64,000 nt of DNA. Origin: Trichoplax adhaerens. Its lineage: Eukaryota; Animalia; Placozoa. Positions 56,601 to 64,000 of this stretch are shown one piece after another. Location: NCBI RefSeq assembly GCF_000150275.1, contig NW_002060968.1, positions 43,797 through 107,796 of the forward strand, written 5' to 3'. Within the stretch, counting starts at the first letter, position 1. The number at the start of each line of letters is the position of its first letter. The notes under the pieces are model-generated. The model was not told the DNA's origin, ran no database searches, and worked only from the letters and a program-made list of their open reading frames with translations. The translations under genes and the position numbers were made by a program.

Positions 56601-59600
56601 TCTTAATTTAGTAACACTAGGCAACCAGTACCTCGAATTAACCGTTATCATTACCAACCTTTAAGCCCATATTTTTTAAATCTTTCTTGGCTAAAGGAGG
56701 GAAATAGCCTAGCCAATGTTTGGGATCAGCAAATCTATAAAGATACAGAGTTTCGATTAACGATCATGAAACAACTTTCACTTTACAGTAAATTAAAGTG
56801 AAGTACTTTTTAATCTCTTCATCCTTTAAACCTAAAGATCGCATAATTTCCCATTGGAATTTAGCCCCTCCAGTTTTGGCCAAGACTTTCGATTTACCCT
56901 ATGTAAGCAAATATAAATTCATCTTACACGATTGTCAAACGTAATCATGGAATTAATACAAGATCAATAGCTTGTATTTTACCTTTTTCTTGCGTTCTCC
57001 AACTTCAGCGGGATTAAATTCTTTCTTACTTTCTTCTTTATCGTTCGCAGAAGATTCGTTACGACCAGGGAATACAGGCGGATAGCCGAATGTTTCCATT
57101 TCGTATTTTAATTTATCAGCCGATGCCTTGAATAAGGTTTAAATGTAACGTCGTCAATTTATCAAGGATGCCGCAATATTTTAGAATAAGTTGTCATATA
57201 CCTTGATAGGCATTCCAGTACAATGTAGTCCAAACGGAAATAGACATCTTTTGCCTTTAAGACGTTGATAGCCAGAAATGAACTGTTATGAAATAAATTG
57301 ACACTTTTTAATTTTTTAAATACGCCTATTACACAGTACTGAATTTGCCAATACTGTTGGCATCATACCACTAAATTTAGCTACGAAAAGATGCACTGAC
57401 CTCATTCTAAAAGTATAGCCATCGTGTGACATAATTTTGGATTAAAATCGATGCCAAGGTAACGCATTTAATTCGAAATAAAAGTTAATAACTAGATTAG
57501 TTGTATATCATGTTTCGTAATTATTTATGAAGGAGTGATGATTCGCGAGAGGCTATGATAACGTAAATTAATTCATCATCACTATTATTATATTCTTTTT
57601 TTGTCTACCTTTGATATGGAGAAAGTATGGCCAAGATGTAATCTCCCATTCATGTAGGGGTATGGAAAGCAAGTGAAATATCGAGGTTGGCTATTTAATG
57701 AGGCATAGTAGGCGTTAATATACGTATGAAGAGCGTAAATGATTAATGATACAAAAGCAACTTTTCGATTAAAAAGGAAATAGTAAGCAAGAAATATCGA
57801 AATTTGATCGATACTGTCGTAAATACATATGAATAGATGCGTTTACAGCTAAATTATTATCATGAGTAGTAGTAAGCTTACTTCCAGTCTTCACTGTCGC
57901 GCTAGATAAAGAGAGAAAATGTTTAATTTTTTATTATGATGCTTTATATTGATTGAAAATACAGCTACTTATTTTTGCAATAATAGATATTTATCAAAAG
58001 TTTGATCTATATTATTTATCGCATAAAGAAAGACAAGAATGCCAATTATCATATTGCACTTACATCAGGCGCGTCTACTTCGAAGGTTTTTTCACGCTCC
58101 CATTTGGCCTGAATCTCAATTTCGATAGCACGTAAGGTATTGACTTTAGTCGTTCCTTTACGACTTTCTTGGATTGTTGTCTAACAGGGAAACATAAACC
58201 AGTCATTCTCTACCATCAAACAACATTTACAATATCATTCATCATGCACATAGCAAATTCCATGATAAAAATAGCAATGATAAAGCCAGTATCCACTGCT
58301 GCTAGCTAATGCATAATGTATTGCACGATTGTATCAATCATTCCGCCATTCGATCAGTATCTCTAGGAACTCTTAGAAGAGTTGCATCATCACGATTTTA
58401 ATTCAAATACCATTCACCCTTATGGCAACATCATCGATACCATTTCGGAAATCACTCTTAATTACCATAAATGAATTTTGAATAGCTACCGAACGTTGTT
58501 CTAATGACTGCATATGGAGTTAGTGATCAAACTAGTCAGCAAAAATACATGGCTATGGTAGGCTACAACTAAACAGAGAATCACTAAACGTTGTAGCATT
58601 GCAAAGCATAGCATATCATGTCGAAAAGAAATAGAATTGGCGAAACAGGAATGAATGGAGAATCAATCGTAAAGTAATTACAGTAACTTGGATGATATTT
58701 TGCATCCATTCCTTGACATGTTAATCATTGTTGTTATTATAAACATGACATCAGGCATAGACTAGCGAAATACTAGACGTGAGACATTAAGCACGTAGAA
58801 GAGAATTTACTGCACGATGGTAACCATGACGAAAGAGAATTCAGATTGGTAAAACAGAACCGATTGGCGAACCGATGTAAGACAATTACAGTCACTTGAA
58901 TGGCATTTTAGCATCCATTTCTCGATTAATAGTATGGTATAATCCTCTATTCATAAAACTTGTAAAAGAGCAGAACATGACATCGAGAAGAGTATTCAAT
59001 TGTGGATTATGTATGATAGATGAGAATGGAGATTGATGGACTGGAGATGAATAGACAATCGACACTTGCATGGAGGACTAGAATGATTTTGCATCATGTC
59101 CTTGATGTAGTCAGTCATAATGCTACGCTGTATAATTAATTTATAAAATATCCGATGAAAAAGAGCCTCCTTGGACTACACGTTTCATTGCTATATAACA
59201 CGCAGAAGAGTATTTATTTATTGTCAGCATGGTCATGGAGACATGGAATTACTAAAGCAGAACTTCATCAAATAACTAGAATGGTATCTTGGATCCATCC
59301 CTTGGTTTGTTCACCATTATCATAGTATGGTATAATCACGATATTGAATATCAAATGAAGAATAGGACTATTTGATGGCATGATAAAGTAATGATCCAAC
59401 AAAAGCAAGAGCAATTGCAAAGGAAAGAAGATTGATTGAGAAGGACTGATTGGAGAAATGGTGTTTAAGCAAAACTCAGGACGGTTACTTGGCTGTACTC
59501 TTGCAACCATTGCTTGACTTGTCCGCCATGATAATCGTGTAATAAGACATCCAATGAAGAGTAATAAAATGGAATAACATGATCCATGAGTGGTACAACA

Positions 59601-59677
59601 TATAGGTGAGTGTTGATGAAAAATAGAAGCGGAAAAATGAGATCAATTCGAGAAGATTAAGCATGGCTTACCGTCAT
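50699..59677 (-). CDS. LARS1: Cytoplasmic leucyl-tRNA synthetase, about 38 exons
   Basis: N-terminus MT|[31 protein letters not shown] region [14 protein letters not shown], then [30 protein letters not shown]1 editing domain [16 protein letters not shown] and [48 protein letters not shown] and [13 protein letters not shown]-terminus ...[13 protein letters not shown]. Confidence 0.96.
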
Positions 59678-59718
59678 GATGGATGGAGGAAAATGGAGTC
59701 CAGGCACATGGATACCAC

Positions 59719-59728
59719 TGCGCATGCG
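59719..59728. promoter_or_regulatory. NRF1-type palindromic motif TGCGCATGCG in the LARS1/NUDCD2 divergent promoter
   Basis: The motif lies about 42 nt from the LARS ATG (59677, minus strand) and 15 nt before a plus-strand donor-like cag|gtagtt (59744). Confidence 0.55.
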
Positions 59729-60728
59729 ACATGCATTTTCCAGGTAGTTAATTTCCGTGAAGCCAAAAAGAGAAAGTGTGCAAAATGAGCTGTCATGTTA
59801 CCTCAGCCCATATCCTAAACAGAGCGTCAATATTCATACATAATACTGTAGATAAAATCGGATTTGTTATCACTATACGAACTCGATATGGACACTATTC
59901 TGCACATTGTTTCTACTACCTATTGCGCAATACTGATTGTCTATAATCCATCGCTGTTGCGCCTAGTGTAGTTCCAACTTGAGCACTTTAATACAGGTTA
60001 CTGACTAGATTAAGCGGCATGTTTGCGTTGCTTATCGACGGATCAATCGCTCTATCCCTTTGCCAACTCGCAATTGCTATCATTGCAGTGTAATCCATTT
60101 ATGCTAAAGGAATGTTTGCTACAGTAGACTGAAAGCGTTCAACACTGTCCTTCTCTGTTCCTGAGCATAAACTATGGCCAAAATTCGAATATTTCTTCAT
60201 ATAGCCTACTAATGAAGCTAAACTCTATATTTGCATTAGTTTGGAGGACTTTCAGGTAGTTTTATAACAGCAATATTTTCATACAGCTTTTTGACTAGAC
60301 CAAATGATCTACTTGCGTTAGTGGGGTATGGTTATACCGCGATTGGCTAGCTCGATGGATAGCTTGCTCATCGATTGTTGTATGGAAGAGTCGTATTTCC
60401 TTATAGGTTACTGACTAGACTTGATGGCATGTTTGCGTTAGTAGAGTATATATACGAAACTGAGGAGCAACTAAGTTAATCCCTTGCACATCTAGATTGA
60501 CCTCCATGATTGCAGTATAAAGCACTGATTGCTATGGAGTGTTTGGTATAGTAGGTTAAAAGCATCCATCTTGCTTCTTCCCAGTTCCTCTCCGCCATGT
60601 TCCAGCTGACTGGATGCCATCGTTGATTCTGTGAAATTCGCTCTTTTACACGCTTTCTTTTTGCAATAATTAGTTTAGGAAGTATCTAAAAGGCTTGTTT
60701 CCAGTTCTTCTTGTTATGGTTAGTCAGG

Positions 60729-63057
60729 ATGAGCCATTTCGATGAGAAAACGCAAATTGTCAGCAGTAAAACCGAGTGGGGATTATGGTACCAAACCATC
60801 GATGAAGTTTTCATTGAAATCAATCTTCCACCAGGTACTAAAGGAAAAGATGTTGCCTGCAAATTGACCGCTACAGATATTCAAGTTGCAGTCCAAGATC
60901 AAGTTTATATCGAGGTATGGAATAGATTGATTTTATTGGTAGGCTGTAAGCTACATATTGGGTTGGATTAGAATTAAAATGGAGCTTCGAGACAGTCCAT
61001 GGAGTGCCAGTGTAGATTACATATGACTGCAAATCCAATTATGCTGATGACAGTGGGATAGCATAGTGCGATTGGATTAAAATGTAGGTCTCGCCTGAGG
61101 TATAGCGATACATGGTTTGGTCAATAAGATGCAATGGATTCGACGGCATGATACGATACAATAGTCTCGTAAAAGAACAAATGGAGAATATAGCTTACAG
61201 AGCATGATGGATGGGAGAACAATCAATAACATCCAGTGTTAATGCGAGTGTTAATCGAGGCTAGATTCTATCGTAGATTGCATAGTCAATGTTAGATTTC
61301 ATGTTACCGTAGAGGCAAAATTTAGCATCAACCTTGCACGAGATAGTTGGTTGTGGAAGAGCCAAAATTCAACCTCAATGGAGGTATTAAGATGTGCCTG
61401 ATACCTTGTTACAAAAGAGCCAAAATAGAGTGCCAGCTGAGATTGAAATCGAGTGTAGATTAGATAGCATGATGTACAATATATATAGGTTAATTAAGAA
61501 TCAACCTTGCACTAGATAGTTGGTTGTGGAAGAGCCAAAATTCAACCTCAATGGAGGTATTAAGATGTGCCTGATACCTTGTTACAAAAGAGCCAAAATT
61601 GAGTGCCAGCTAAGATTGAAATCGAGTGTAGATTAGATAGCATGATGTACAGTATGTATATATATAATATATACAATGAAAAACTCAAGTATCAGCAATA
61701 ATTAGAATAAGCTGTGGATTAGATATACGTACATTATATTGCATATAGTGCAAAATTGAGTCTCACAGGTTGCAATCAAGTATGCTGTCGATGACATATT
61801 ACATTGCAATAGAGTCTAATTGGGTATTGAAGTAGTTGCTATGCTACGTTGATGTTACTATGTACAATAATGAAACTACCACCACAATATTGGTATAAAA
61901 TTATGGATATTATGTTGTAAAAGTGAAGATTGAGTAGCTACAGAAGTTAGAATATCTTGTGAAATAGCTATCGTGTTGTAGTGAGATATCACAATTGTAG
62001 TACAGTCAATGATCGAAGTTGCGCAACATTAGCTCTGATCGAATAAGCACAGTCCTACGGGGAAAGAGATTGAAAATGACAAGCTTTTATAATTTTAACG
62101 ACTGTTACAGAGTGGCATACTAATATTATAATAAAATCGATATAGGGTAAATGGTTCAGTAATGTCGTCAGCGAGGATTGCGTATGGACAGTAGGTAAGG
62201 GAAAAGTAGGGATACACCGTATTTGAAATCTTGTATATAACTGCTATCCTGTGATACCTTCAAAATATCGTAAAAATCTTGACTTGGATATGCATATCTT
62301 TTGACTGTCCACTCCACGACTCCTAAAACAAAAAAATGGGCTCGTCAATGGCTATAGAGGATAGGAAGTTGTTAAGGATAATTTGCCAAAAATCCGTGCG
62401 AGATCCTGGTAAAGGATGGAAGTCTTTAACAAAGGATAAGTACCAAGCTGATGTTTGGACAATGACAGAAATGGAAAAGAAATTAACTTTAGAAAGATTT
62501 CAAAGAGAGGTTAACTTATAGTAAAAACAAAATTTTATTATTATGATAGCTGCTCTATAATACAACTTTCCTGACTTACTAATGAGGTAGATGGGTGCAT
62601 GGTCTAAGCTAGTCCTGTAATACGATCCATTTTACTGAAAGGATTTTAGAGTAAAGTTAATCTGTAGATGACCGCGAATAAGAATTAGTATAGAGCTTGC
62701 AACAAAGAAATCACGCTAAGGATGATTTACGTGTTGTAGCAGCAGTAATCTCAATAAGATTCATTAGAGATATCGAGTTGGAAATATCGTAGTGTAATTG
62801 AGACCATGACATTAGTGAAAATAGATATCATTGCTATCGTAGTAAAATAACTGTGCTACTGCCGCATTACTAGCAGTATAAAGTACAATGTTATTTAATT
62901 AGATACATAAACTTAACAATTCTTGCAAAGCTCTTTTATTTTATTGTCTTCTAATAGTGTGTTTTTGCCTATGGTATAGAATCCTGGCTTCGATTTTAGT
63001 GGAGCTGAAGTCACAGGAAATTTTGCAGATGGCGGACCTAAACTACCTGAACGATAA
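60729..63057 (+). CDS. NUDCD2: NudC domain-containing protein 2; join(60729..60914,62146..62194,62358..62509,62980..63057)
   Basis: MSHFDEK...TEWGLWYQTIDEVFIEINLPPGTK, GKWFSNVVSEDCVWTVEDRKLLRI and KKLTLERFQRENPGFDFSGAEVTGNFADGGP are colinear with vertebrate NUDCD2. Phases are consistent. Confidence 0.95.
61327..61650 (+). repeat. Near-identical tandem duplication, 173-nt period, in NUDCD2 intron 1
   Basis: 'atcaaccttgcac.agatagttggttgtggaagagccaaaattcaacctcaatggaggtattaagatgtgcctgataccttgttacaaaagagccaaaat...' occurs at 61327 and 61500 with only a few mismatches. Confidence 0.95.
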
Positions 63058-64000
63058 ACTCATAAAAAAATAGGATGTGTTTTATGTACACTAGTAGAAT
63101 TGCGTCTATGAAATATTATGGTAATATGATCAAACGTATTCGTCACATTACGGTACACAATTGACTTATTTAGTCTATCCAGGCAAAATATCGCTTTATT
63201 AAAACTACCTGTATACTAAAGATTGAAGTCAAATTCTACAGCGATACGGACATTCATAATTCATTTACTTAATCTACTTCTTACGGGTTGAAAATGGGTA
63301 ACTGAAGATTTAACGCCTAACGAATTTAAACTAAATATTTCAGGCATCTTTGACTAAGTTGTTCAAATTATATTATATTACATGCTATATAAAGCACAGT
63401 GTATTATACAGTAGATAGTAGTTCGGTAAATATATTCACAGCTACTTCAAGGTTGAATAAAGATTTACAAAAACCAATCACAACATTGGACTAAAATGTA
63501 GGATGAACTTTAAGCATAATGTAAATCATATTCGCGAAATAATTTACGCTAAATTGCTATGCATTATTTTAGACTATAGTAGGGCTAATATAAATTTTAG
63601 CAAATACCGAATTAATTGCATCTTAAACGATGCCAATTCAGTATTGTACTTAGAAATTATGCTAACTTTAATTATGTACTTTCAATTACCATAATATAAA
63701 CAACTCGACGTCAGGAATGCATTGATCAGGATATTGTCCATCTTTATTCTTTAGCTTGTAAATATTGGTTAACCTTATGAATAATTTGAAAGAAATTAAT
63801 TCTCTTAAACTACTGACCTGACCATATTGTATACGTACGTATATATCCACGTGCATTGTTATAAAAATTTTGTGTCGATCTGTTCTAAATTCCACTGTTA
63901 TTTGCAGCAAAGGTTTACTACCCTTCAAGTTATTACGTATCTTACCCTATAAACCCGACTTATTAGCAAATTAGATGAACTGTTTTTCTAATTAAATAGG

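Noticed and set aside
63686-63950. 3' end of a minus-strand gene entering from the right edge
   Set aside because: Plausible acceptor and open frame (...NKDGQYPDQCIPDVELFILW*), but too little sequence to identify or support it as a CDS.

Overview
AT-rich, intron-dense eukaryotic DNA from a compact animal genome. Short GT-AG introns, 42-aa TPR proteins and a death-domain Roco gene suggest a placozoan such as Trichoplax (inference, no database search). Gene models were rebuilt by hand from splice sites and reading phase. In order: a FUT8-like alpha-1,6-fucosyltransferase (+, 4621-8250) between two copies of a ~2.2-2.4 kb duplicated segment; ANKLE2/LEM4 (+, 16327-20929); CHIC1/2 (+, 24852-29267); an active myotubularin, MTMR2-like (-, 31539-37372); a composite satellite (37874-39398); a Roco locus; cytoplasmic leucyl-tRNA synthetase (-, 50699-59677) head-to-head with NUDCD2 (+, 60729-63057). 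The most interesting element is the Roco locus at 39.8-49.2 kb. Eight phase-consistent exons join several separate ORFs into one ~1509-aa protein: predicted N-myristoylation site, TPR array with variable positions, Death domain, Roc GTPase, COR, Death domain. A decayed third Death domain follows the stop, and a pseudogenised copy of the TPR exon lies just upstream. The architecture resembles an NLR-type immune receptor built on a Roc-COR switch. Smaller points: a 6-nt micro-exon, a GC-AG intron and a KMSKQ motif variant in LeuRS, and a ParaHox-neighbour gene (CHIC) with no visible homeobox gene beside it.
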